This document shows, piece after piece, positions 45,369-53,325 of a stretch of DNA of 64,000 nucleotides; position 1 is the first letter of the stretch; each line of letters begins with the position of its first letter. Source of the DNA: an uncultured Dehalococcoidia bacterium (GTDB lineage: Bacteria > Chloroflexota > Dehalococcoidia > Lucifugimonadales > UBA3495); assembly GCA_964502995.1 (NCBI GenBank), contig CAZCZB010000006.1, positions 16,057 through 80,056 on the forward strand, in the 5' to 3' direction. A program made the translations under genes and the position numbers. The notes below the pieces were generated by a model, which was given only the letters and a program-made list of their open reading frames with translations, made no database searches and had not been told where the DNA came from.

Positions 45369-46961
45369 ATGATTCCGGCCATGATTGACCTACTGATTAC
45401 CAACGGGCAGGTGATTGACGGCTCCGGCAGCCCCGGGTTCTTTGCGGCCGTTGCCATCACCGGAGATACCGTAACGATACATCGGGGCAACGACGCCGAT
45501 CTGCGGGAGAACGCCGCCAGGATCATTGACGCCACCGGCCACGTGGTTTGCCCCGGGTTTGTTGACCTGCACTCGCACGCCGGACTGACCATCCTAGGGG
45601 AGCCGCACCACGATCCCAAGGTGCGGCAGGGGGTGACCACCGAACTGGTGGGCATCGACGGCATTTCCCACGCGCCGTTCAAGACCCAGGAGGAACTGCA
45701 CCGGTACATCTGGCTGGACGCCGGGCTGAATGGTTACCCGCCCATGCCCGCCGACTGGCTGACGGTGGCCGATATGCTGGGCAAGTACGACGGTACGGTA
45801 GCCATCAACATGGCATACATCCTGGGCAACTCGCCCGTGCGGATCTGGAGCGTGGGCTGGGAACAGCGCGCCGCCACCGAGGGCGAAATCGCGGATATGC
45901 AGTCGGTGGTGCGCGAGGCCATGGAAGAGGGGGCGTGGGGGCTGTCCACCGGGCTCGACTATCCGCCCGGCGCCTACGCGGACACCGACGAGTTGGTGGC
46001 GCTGTCCGAAACCGCCGCGTCGATGGGCGGCATCTATCACACCCACACCCGCGCCAGCCTGCTCAGCCAGGGCTACCTTGCTCCGTGGCACGAGGCGCTG
46101 GACATCGGGCGACGCAGCGGCATACCGGTGCATCTGACCCATTACCGCCAGTCGGTTTCGGGCGTGGGCAGCCATATCGGACACCTGGAGTTGGTGGAAA
46201 ACGCGAGAGCCGAGGGTATCGACTGCACGTTCGACTGCTACACGTACCCGTACTCGGGCACCACTCCCACCATCGGGCTGCCTCACTGGGCCAAGGACGG
46301 CGGGCCGGAACGGTTGATCGCCGCGTTGCAGGACGCCGACGACCGCGTCCGCATGAAACGGGAGATCACCCCCAGCCGCCTGGAAAACAACTGGCTGACC
46401 AATTTCACGCGCCCCGAAAATCAGATCTACGACGGGCGGCTGATCACGGACATAGCGGAGATGCGTGGCCAGGATCCCGCCGACGCGCTATTCGATATGC
46501 TGTTGTCGGAGAACCTGGGAATCAGCACGGTTGGTTTGGGCACCAACGCGCAGACGCTGTACGCGTTCGTGTCGCATCCCTACGGGATGATCGCGTCGGA
46601 CGCCATCCTGTTCGGTGAGTATCCCAATCCGCGCACCTATGGCTGCTTCCCGATCGTGCTGGCAGAGTTCGTGCGGGCGGAGCAGCACCTGAGGCTTCCG
46701 GAAGCCATCCGCAAGATGACGTCGTTCCCGGCGCAGCGCATCGGCATACCGGATCGGGGCCTGCTGCGCGACGGGTTCAAGGCCGACGTGGTGGTGTTCA
46801 ACCCCGACACGGTGAAGGCGCTGGCGACCAAGGAGAACCCCAAGCAGTACCCGGTGGGCATCGAGTACGTGATAGTCAACGGGCAGGTGGTGATAGAGCA
46901 GGGTCAGAATACCGGGGCGCTGCCGGGCCGGGGGCTGCGGCGGGGCCACGCCAGCACCTAA
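45369..46961 (+). CDS. N-acyl-D-amino-acid deacylase (D-aminoacylase) family amidohydrolase
   Basis: The track ORF 45348..46961 starts at GTG. The ATG at 45369 lies 12 nt after AGGAG. It contains DLLITNGQVIDGSG, VCPGFVDLHSHAG and a C-terminal VIVNGQVVIEQG. Confidence 0.85.
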   Translation: MIPAMIDLLITNGQVIDGSGSPGFFAAVAITGDTVTIHRGNDADLRENAARIIDATGHVVCPGFVDLHSHAGLTILGEPHHDPKVRQGVTTELVGIDGISHAPFKTQEELHRYIWLDAGLNGYPPMPADWLTVADMLGKYDGTVAINMAYILGNSPVRIWSVGWEQRAATEGEIADMQSVVREAMEEGAWGLSTGLDYPPGAYADTDELVALSETAASMGGIYHTHTRASLLSQGYLAPWHEALDIGRRSGIPVHLTHYRQSVSGVGSHIGHLELVENARAEGIDCTFDCYTYPYSGTTPTIGLPHWAKDGGPERLIAALQDADDRVRMKREITPSRLENNWLTNFTRPENQIYDGRLITDIAEMRGQDPADALFDMLLSENLGISTVGLGTNAQTLYAFVSHPYGMIASDAILFGEYPNPRTYGCFPIVLAEFVRAEQHLRLPEAIRKMTSFPAQRIGIPDRGLLRDGFKADVVVFNPDTVKALATKENPKQYPVGIEYVIVNGQVVIEQGQNTGALPGRGLRRGHAST

Positions 46962-46970
46962 GCGTCGCGT

Positions 46971-47495
46971 ATGCCCGATTCGCTCTCTCCCGACTACCGG
47001 TTCTGCCCGCGCTGCGGGGAACCGTTGGAGGCCAGGATTCGGGGCGGTCTGCCCCGACCCAGTTGCGCGTCGTGCGGGTTCGTGCATTTTCGGAATCCGG
47101 CGGTTGGCGTCGCGGTGGTGCTGCTGGACGACCACGGGCGCATCTTGCTGGGACGCAGGTCGGCGGGTGGCAACGTGGGCGAGTGGTGCATCCCGTGCGG
47201 TTACGTCGAGTGGGGCGAGGACATTCGGAACGCGGCGCGGCGGGAGTTTCGTGAGGAGACCGGCATCGAGGTGGAAACCGGCGACGTTTGCGCCGTCCAT
47301 TCCAATTTCCACAACGAGGCGTCGCTGACCGTGGGCGTCTGGTTCTACGCCCGGCGCGTGGCCGGAGAGCCGCGCGCATCCGATGATCTCGACGCGGTGG
47401 AGTGGTTCGACCCGAAGCATCCGCCGGAACCCCTGGCGTTTCCCACCGACCGGGTGGTGCTGGAAGATTTGGCCGCAGAATCTCGGGGCGACTGA
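46971..47495 (+). CDS. NUDIX hydrolase with N-terminal zinc ribbon (NudC-like arrangement)
   Basis: Track ORF of 174 aa. It has CPRCGEPL...CASCGF (a 4-Cys ribbon) and the Nudix box GYVEWGEDIRNAARREFREETG. Confidence 0.85.
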   Translation: MPDSLSPDYRFCPRCGEPLEARIRGGLPRPSCASCGFVHFRNPAVGVAVVLLDDHGRILLGRRSAGGNVGEWCIPCGYVEWGEDIRNAARREFREETGIEVETGDVCAVHSNFHNEASLTVGVWFYARRVAGEPRASDDLDAVEWFDPKHPPEPLAFPTDRVVLEDLAAESRGD

Positions 47496-47507
47496 TAAAC
47501 TAACATC

Positions 47508-47867
47508 ATGCTCGTTGAAGAACACCAAAACACAGCGCTCGCTTTCCTAGATGCGGCGAGCGAGGAATTCGCGTCCGGTGACCACCTGCAGGGATCGGAG
47601 AAATTGTGGGGGGCTGCCGCGCACACGATAATGGCGGTGGCCCAGCTCAGAGGATGGCCTTTCGGAACGGACCAAGCCTTGAAAATCGCTGCGGACCAAC
47701 TAGCCAGCGATTTTGACGATCCAACGCTGGCCGCAGGGTTTGGCATCGCGCAAAAATTCCACGCCAATTTCTACCACGATTTCATGGAACCCGACGATAT
47801 TCGCAGAGACCAACCCGCGGTGGCGGATTACGTGGGGCGTCTCCTGGCGTTGGTCGACCACGACTGA
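47508..47867 (+). CDS. PaREP1-like (HEPN-superfamily-related) small helical protein
   Basis: Track ORF of 119 aa. GDHLQGSEKLWGAAAHTIMAVAQLRGW...AQKFHANFYHDF matches my recollection of the PaREP1 signature (SEK.WGA...A.KA.A..RGW ... LH.NFYE). There is no SD, and the ATG lies 12 nt after the NUDIX stop. Confidence 0.55.
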   Translation: MLVEEHQNTALAFLDAASEEFASGDHLQGSEKLWGAAAHTIMAVAQLRGWPFGTDQALKIAADQLASDFDDPTLAAGFGIAQKFHANFYHDFMEPDDIRRDQPAVADYVGRLLALVDHD

Positions 47868-47942
47868 CGACGTTCTCTCGCTGGATGGTTTCGACCGCAC
47901 CGCCCGATCAATGCGCGCCGAAGTTGTGCTGCGACTCACCCC

Positions 47943-48719
47943 ATGACCAGGCGCGCCGTTATCATCCAGCACATTGCGGTGGAGACGCTGGGGTCCAACT
48001 TCGCGGGCATATTACGCGACGGCGGCTTCAGTCTGACCACTGTTCCGGTGTATGCCGGCGCTCCTGATTTTGCCGAGTTCGACGCGCCGGACGTTTCGGA
48101 GGTCGATCTGATCGTCGCGCTGGGCGGGCCCATGTCCGCGAACGACAACTACCCGGCGCTGGTGCAGGAAATAGCATACCTGCGAGCGGCGGCCACCGGT
48201 TCGTTGGGCGCAACGGACCCGACGCCGGTGGTGGGCATTTGCCTGGGGGCGCAGTTGCTGTCCCGCGCGCTGGGCGGCGCAGTCGCTCCGACCGGCGGCT
48301 ACCAGTTCGGGCTGCGCAAGATCGACGTTACCGCCGAGGGTGCGGCGGACCCGGTGTTTTCCAGGATGCGGATTCCGCTGGTTCCCACGCTGCACGGCGA
48401 GCAGTTCACCGTGCCTCCCGACGCGGTGCGGCTGGCAGACGCCACCATGCTGCGGCGCGACGGGGGCTACGTCCGTTTTCCGATGGCGTTCCGGTACGGT
48501 ATTTCCTACGGCTTCCAGTTTGAGCCGCAACTGACGCTGGACGAGTTGCGAGTGTGGAACCGCGAGCTTGCCGGCGACTATGACCTGATGGGCGACCGGT
48601 TCGACCCGGCGGAGGAATCCGCCCGCAACCTGCGGGAGTTTGAGAAGTTTGCCGCGTACCACGAGGCGCAATGCGGTGCAATGCTGAGGGCACTGCTGGC
48701 GCAGGCAGGGCTTGATTAG
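47943..48719 (+). CDS. Class I glutamine amidotransferase-like protein
   Basis: Track ORF of 258 aa with the nucleophile motif VVGICLGAQLL and a downstream H..E-type region. Confidence 0.8.
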   Translation: MTRRAVIIQHIAVETLGSNFAGILRDGGFSLTTVPVYAGAPDFAEFDAPDVSEVDLIVALGGPMSANDNYPALVQEIAYLRAAATGSLGATDPTPVVGICLGAQLLSRALGGAVAPTGGYQFGLRKIDVTAEGAADPVFSRMRIPLVPTLHGEQFTVPPDAVRLADATMLRRDGGYVRFPMAFRYGISYGFQFEPQLTLDELRVWNRELAGDYDLMGDRFDPAEESARNLREFEKFAAYHEAQCGAMLRALLAQAGLD

Positions 48720-48743
48720 CTGAAATATTCAGGAGCGAGTTGA

Positions 48744-48776
48744 CCGCTCATGGTTCGACAGGCTCACCATGAGCGG
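48744..48776. repeat. TTCGACAGGCTCACCATGAGCGG element with flanking inverted arm
   Basis: CCGCTCATGG-ttcgacaggctca-CCATGAGCGG (10-bp arms). The core is identical to 23482..23504. Confidence 0.8.
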
Positions 48777-48834
48777 ACCCCACGTCATGAGCAGATTCCA
48801 CGTCTGCTACAGCATGAGCGGGCGTAACCTCTGC

Positions 48835-48840
48835 TACAAT
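48835..48840 (+). promoter_or_regulatory. -10-like TACAAT 7 nt upstream of the methyltransferase ATG (possible leaderless mRNA)
   Basis: GCTACAATccgcgacATG, with no SD between the -10 and the start codon. Confidence 0.3.
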
Positions 48841-48847
48841 CCGCGAC

Positions 48848-49855
48848 ATGGAGAACCTGTTTTACGCCGGCGACAATCTGGACGGTCTGGGCATCATTGC
48901 GGACATGGGAATCGCGGTCGATCTGGTGTACATCGACCCGCCCTTCGCCACCAACAACGATTTCCTGATTGACGACGGACGGGCGAATACCATCAGCGCT
49001 TCCGGCCGGCCGGCCTATTCGGACCGGTTGCGCGGGTCCGATTACCTGGACGCGCTGGGCGAACGGCTCCGGGCCATTCGCAAGGTGATGGCTTCCGCCG
49101 GATCGATCTACGTCCACATCGATGTGAAGATGGAACATCACGTCCGTCTGCTGATGGATGACGTGTTCGGCGCCGCCAACTTTCGCAACGCCATCACGCG
49201 CATCAAGTGCAACCCCAAGAACTTTGACCGCTATGGGTACGGGAACATCAAGGACACGATCCTGTTCTATTCCATGACGCCGGACCGCATCACCTGGAAC
49301 CCGCAGCGTGAACCGTTGAGCGACGACGAAGTGAACCGGTTGTATCCGCAGGTTGACCCCGCGGGGCGGCGTTACACCACAACTCCGCTGCACGCACCCG
49401 GAGTCACGGCCAAAGGAGCCACGGGGCAACCCTGGCGGGGAATGATGCCGCCGGCCGGCCGTCACTGGAGGTACCCACCTGCCGAACTTGAAGCTCTGGA
49501 TGAGGCCGGCCTGATTGAATGGAGCCTGACGGGCAACCCTCGAAAAATACGGTATGCGGACGAAGCGGCCGGCAAACTGCCCCAGGATGTGTGGCTGTAC
49601 AAGGATCCTCAACGTCCCGCATACCCGACCGAGAAGAACGCCGAGATGCTGGAACGCATCATTCGCACTTCGTCGAATTCCGGTGATACGTTTCTGGACT
49701 GCTATGCCGGAGGCGGTGGTTCCCTGGTGACGGCGGCCCGGCTGGGCCGGCGAGCCATCGGGATGGACAACTCGACCGCTGCGGAATCCGTCATACGACG
49801 GAGAACGGCCGGACACGACTTTGTTGACCTGAAGCCGATCCACGTACTCGTTTGA
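48848..49855 (+). CDS. Site-specific DNA methyltransferase, beta class (N6-adenine or N4-cytosine), orphan
   Basis: Track ORF of 335 aa. Motif IV DLVYIDPPF is N-terminal, YPTEKN lies in the middle, and motif I FLDCYAGGGGS is C-terminal, which is the beta-class order (N6_N4_Mtase). There is no nuclease gene on either side. Confidence 0.85.
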   Translation: MENLFYAGDNLDGLGIIADMGIAVDLVYIDPPFATNNDFLIDDGRANTISASGRPAYSDRLRGSDYLDALGERLRAIRKVMASAGSIYVHIDVKMEHHVRLLMDDVFGAANFRNAITRIKCNPKNFDRYGYGNIKDTILFYSMTPDRITWNPQREPLSDDEVNRLYPQVDPAGRRYTTTPLHAPGVTAKGATGQPWRGMMPPAGRHWRYPPAELEALDEAGLIEWSLTGNPRKIRYADEAAGKLPQDVWLYKDPQRPAYPTEKNAEMLERIIRTSSNSGDTFLDCYAGGGGSLVTAARLGRRAIGMDNSTAAESVIRRRTAGHDFVDLKPIHVLV

Positions 49856-49964
49856 CACTGGTTATCCCGAATAGTAATCTTGCCGAAATTGGTTGCGGGG
49901 CAATCAATTTTCAAATCGCGCAAACCCAACTCAAACCACCTGAATTGAAACGGAGGTTTTAACC

Positions 49965-50711
49965 ATGCCTTACCAGGGAATGACGGCCGAACACATCTGG
50001 ATTGAAGGCCACAACGGCGACGCGATCAACGCTTACCTGGCGCGGCCCCTGGGCCCCGGGCCCTTCCCGGCGGTTCACCTGTTCCACCACATGCCGGGCT
50101 GGGACGAGGCCAGCAAGGAAATGGCGCGGAAGTTCGCGCACAACGGCTACATCGCCATTATGCCCAACCTGCACTACCGCCAGGGGCACGACGACCCGGT
50201 CGCCAACAGCAACAGCATTCGCGAGGCCGGCGGCATGCCCGACGACCGCACGCTGGGCGACGCGGCGGGCGCCATCGGCTACCTGCGCCACCTGGGGAAC
50301 TTCAACGGCAAGGTGGGGATCATCGGATTCTGCTCCGGCGGACGCCAGGTATTCCTGGCCGCGTGCAAACTCCAGGGCATCGACGCGGCGGTGGACTGCT
50401 GGGGCGGCGGAGTGACCCCGCGCGACAGTGAGCCTCCCACCGAGGCCATGCCCCACGCGCCCATCGAGTTCGTGTCGGACCTGTCGTGTCCGATGCTGGG
50501 AATCTTCGGCGAGGATGACGCACGGCCCACGGTGGACGAGGTGAAGGCCACCGACGCTGCCATCAAGGCGGCCGGAAAGTCCTGGGAGTACGAAATCTAC
50601 CCCAACGCCGGCCACGGCTTCGTGGCGGTTGACCGACCCAGCTACGCCGTGGAAGCGTCCAACGCAGCCTGGCCACGGATCTTCCAGTTCTACGCGCAGC
50701 ACCTGTCGTAG
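49965..50711 (+). CDS. Dienelactone hydrolase family protein
   Basis: Track ORF of 248 aa after GGAGG, containing GPFPAVHLFHHMPG, the nucleophile GIIGFCSGG, and a C-terminal YPNAGHGF. Confidence 0.85.
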   Translation: MPYQGMTAEHIWIEGHNGDAINAYLARPLGPGPFPAVHLFHHMPGWDEASKEMARKFAHNGYIAIMPNLHYRQGHDDPVANSNSIREAGGMPDDRTLGDAAGAIGYLRHLGNFNGKVGIIGFCSGGRQVFLAACKLQGIDAAVDCWGGGVTPRDSEPPTEAMPHAPIEFVSDLSCPMLGIFGEDDARPTVDEVKATDAAIKAAGKSWEYEIYPNAGHGFVAVDRPSYAVEASNAAWPRIFQFYAQHLS

Positions 50712-50735
50712 GGTTCGTTGCTAACGCCAACACAG

Positions 50736-50764
50736 GTAGGGGCGGGTCTGAGACCCGCCCCTAC
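50736..50764. repeat. REP-type perfect palindrome, TCTGAGA-core subfamily
   Basis: GTAGGGGCGGGTCT-g-AGACCCGCCCCTAC. Confidence 0.85.
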
Positions 50765-50898
50765 GGTTTTGGAGGCTCACTGCTTGTTTCCGCGTTTCAA
50801 TTGCGGATGGGAATACCGGCCTCGCCGCGGGTCGGTTTGTGATACAACAGCGTTCCCGTTCCAGTGGTTTGCACCCGCCCACACTCGTGCAGGCAACG

Positions 50899-50927
50899 GT
50901 AGGGGCGGATCTGAGATCCGCCCCTAC
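50899..50927. repeat. REP-type perfect palindrome, TCTGAGA-core subfamily
   Basis: GTAGGGGCGGATCT-g-AGATCCGCCCCTAC, 135 nt from the previous copy and in the same convergent intergenic gap. Confidence 0.85.
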
Positions 50928-50946
50928 GGTGGATATCGGCGGCTCT

Positions 50947-51468
50947 CTAGTTGTCGGTAGCCTCGAAGGCGAGGGTTGCGAACCGCATGAATATGCCGCC
51001 ACGCGGGGCGGCCAGCGGCCCGTTGAGGCACAGGCAGGCGATGACGTACTGCGATCCGGGCTCGCCTACCTCTGCAATCTCCACCCGGTGCGGCGTGTTG
51101 AGGCCGACGATGCTGCCGTAAGCGCGGTCGATCTCACCGTTGACCCAGACCTCGCCGTAGTTGTCGAAGTTGGTTTCAAACCACACGCGATAACCGGAAA
51201 CGTCCACGCCATCGATGGACTCCGGCAGGGTAACGGCGATACGATACCACGCGAAGGTGAATCCTACGGACAGGCTCTGGCGCACGTTGTCGCACACGTC
51301 CCACGATGAATCGTCAAAATCGGCGAGGCGGGCCGGGGTTGCCAGCAACTGTGCCGACAGGCCCTCGTTTGGTTCGCCGGGAACCAGTCCGGGCGCGACT
51401 TTCCACGGCTGGCCGCCGACCTGTGCGCGGCCCTCCGGAGTGTTCAAATCAACTGCGAATCTGGGCAT
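50947..51468 (-). CDS. Hypothetical protein, galactose-binding-domain-like
   Basis: The track ORF 50947..52113 is trimmed to the ATG at 51468, which has AAGGAG upstream. GFTFAWYRIAVTLPESIDGVDVSGYRVWFETNFDNYGEVWVNGE resembles the GH2 N-terminal sugar-binding jelly-roll. Confidence 0.6.
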   Translation of the reverse strand: MPRFAVDLNTPEGRAQVGGQPWKVAPGLVPGEPNEGLSAQLLATPARLADFDDSSWDVCDNVRQSLSVGFTFAWYRIAVTLPESIDGVDVSGYRVWFETNFDNYGEVWVNGEIDRAYGSIVGLNTPHRVEIAEVGEPGSQYVIACLCLNGPLAAPRGGIFMRFATLAFEATDN

Positions 51469-51527
51469 GGTTGATGCTCCTTGATGTTCGATTCTGGTCT
51501 TGACCATCCGATTGTTGCGAAACCATA

Positions 51528-51549
51528 GGGGCGACGCATGCGTCGCCCC
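51528..51549. repeat. REP-like palindrome GGGGCGACG-catg-CGTCGCCCC
   Basis: Perfect 22-bp palindrome between the amidohydrolase-2 stop and the 50947 gene start. Confidence 0.6.
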
Positions 51550-51572
51550 CACACTGACCGGATCAGGGGTGT

Positions 51573-52382
51573 TTACCGAAACTCCCACAACCCGGCCGCC
51601 GTGCGGCCGAACACCATGTCGCGCGATTCGACGCTGGGGTATTCGATGAGTTCCATGGGGAACCGCAGGGCGTTGCGGTATCCCTCGCGGTTGGCGGACG
51701 GCGGGAAGTCGCTGCCCCACATCAGACGGTCGCCCCCGAAGGCTTCTACCGCCATCTCGATGAGCGGCGGGATGTTGTCGAACGGGATGGGCTGACGGAA
51801 GGGCTGGGGCCGCGGGCAGAACTCGCCGAGGCCCGGTATCTTCATGTACACGTTGGGGTATTTGGACAGTTCGAGCGAACGCCGGTAGGTGTCCATGGGG
51901 ATTTCGGTGTCCGCGCGGCCGGGGCCCCAAAAGGCGCCGACGCCGGCCAGGTGCTCGACAACGATTTTCAGGTTGGGCAGTTCGCGGACGATTTCCTCGA
52001 ACTCCGGGGCGGCGTAGTGTTCCGCTGGGCCCATGACGCTGGCGACCACGTCCAGTTCGGCGCATTTGCGCCAAAGCGCCAACGGATCGTCGCCGGACGA
52101 TCGCCACGAGCACTGGAAGCGCAGGCCGTCCACGCCCTGGTCCTTGAGTTCGGCGACACGATCCGTCGCGTCCGGTTGGGTGTGATCCACGATGGCAATT
52201 ACGGCGAACCGGTTGGGGAACCGCCTGACCGCTTCCACCAGGTAGCTGTTGTCGAACACGCCGAAGAACTGGGTCAGCACCGCCTGATCAACACCGGCCC
52301 GTTCCATTTCGTCCAGCAGGATTTCGACCGGCTCGAACCAGTAGGGCGATGCGTGGCAGTGGGTATCGATGACTGGAGCCAT
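51573..52382 (-). CDS. Amidohydrolase-2 family (TIM-barrel metal-dependent hydrolase/decarboxylase)
   Basis: Track ORF of 269 aa containing MAPVIDTHCHASP, HLAG and WGSDFP. Confidence 0.85.
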   Translation of the reverse strand: MAPVIDTHCHASPYWFEPVEILLDEMERAGVDQAVLTQFFGVFDNSYLVEAVRRFPNRFAVIAIVDHTQPDATDRVAELKDQGVDGLRFQCSWRSSGDDPLALWRKCAELDVVASVMGPAEHYAAPEFEEIVRELPNLKIVVEHLAGVGAFWGPGRADTEIPMDTYRRSLELSKYPNVYMKIPGLGEFCPRPQPFRQPIPFDNIPPLIEMAVEAFGGDRLMWGSDFPPSANREGYRNALRFPMELIEYPSVESRDMVFGRTAAGLWEFR

Positions 52383-52394
52383 TGCTTCGCCTCC

Positions 52395-53150
52395 CTATGC
52401 CGCGGTGGTGCCGCCGTCGATTACCACCTCGGAGCCGGTGACAAACGACGATTCGTCGGACGCCAGGTATATTGCGCCGTAAGCAATCTCGCTGGGCTTG
52501 CCGACCCGCCCAAGCGGAAGCCGCTGCATCCGCAATTCCAGGTTGGCAGGATCGTTCAGCGTGTCGGCGATCATGTCGGTTTCGATGGGGCCCGGATGGA
52601 TTGAGTTGCAGCGGATTCCTTCGCGGGCGTGCTGGATGGCCGTGGACTTGGTGAACAGGCGGACGGCGCCCTTCGTCGCCGTGTAACTGGCAGATCCATT
52701 GGGGCTTCCCACCAGCCCGGCAGTGGAGGAGATGTTGATGATCGAGCCGCCGCCGTTCTCACGCATGGCGGGTATGGCCGCCTTTGTGCCGAGGAAAACA
52801 CCCTTGGCGTTCACGGCGAAAATCCGGTCCCAATCCGCCTCGGTGGTTTCCTCGATGTTCTTGCGGATCAGAATGCCAGCATTGTTCAGCAGGATGTCGA
52901 GCTTGCCGTAGGCGCTGACGGCGGCCTGCACCGCCGATTCCCAGTCCGACTCGCTGGTCACGTCGAGGTGGACGTAGGTTACGTTGTAGCCAAGTTCCTG
53001 CAACTCGGCTTCGGTTTTGCGTCCTTCTTCGTCGAGAATGTCGCCGATAACCACGCTGGCGCCTTCTTCTGCGAACATTCGCGCCTCGACCGCGCCCTGG
53101 CCCCTGGCGCCGCCGCTGATAAGGGCAACCTTGCCTTCCAGTCTGGCCAT
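52395..53150 (-). CDS. Short-chain dehydrogenase/reductase (SDR)
   Basis: The track ORF 52395..53570 is trimmed to the ATG at 53150, which has GGAGG upstream. It contains GKVALISGGARGQG, NNAG, S...YTATK and PGPIETDM. Confidence 0.9.
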   Translation of the reverse strand: MARLEGKVALISGGARGQGAVEARMFAEEGASVVIGDILDEEGRKTEAELQELGYNVTYVHLDVTSESDWESAVQAAVSAYGKLDILLNNAGILIRKNIEETTEADWDRIFAVNAKGVFLGTKAAIPAMRENGGGSIINISSTAGLVGSPNGSASYTATKGAVRLFTKSTAIQHAREGIRCNSIHPGPIETDMIADTLNDPANLELRMQRLPLGRVGKPSEIAYGAIYLASDESSFVTGSEVVIDGGTTAA

Positions 53151-53325
53151 TTTGATACCTCCGGTTGGTGGCGACGGCCCGGGGCCGGCGCCGAGTTGCG
53201 CCCAACTGTATAAGCATTGGCAAAGCGGCGCAACCGCAATGAACGGCCGGCGGTGGCAGTACAAAATTCGCGGTTGTTTGGTATCATTTTCAGAATAACC
53301 AAATAATGATCGCAAGGGGGACGTG

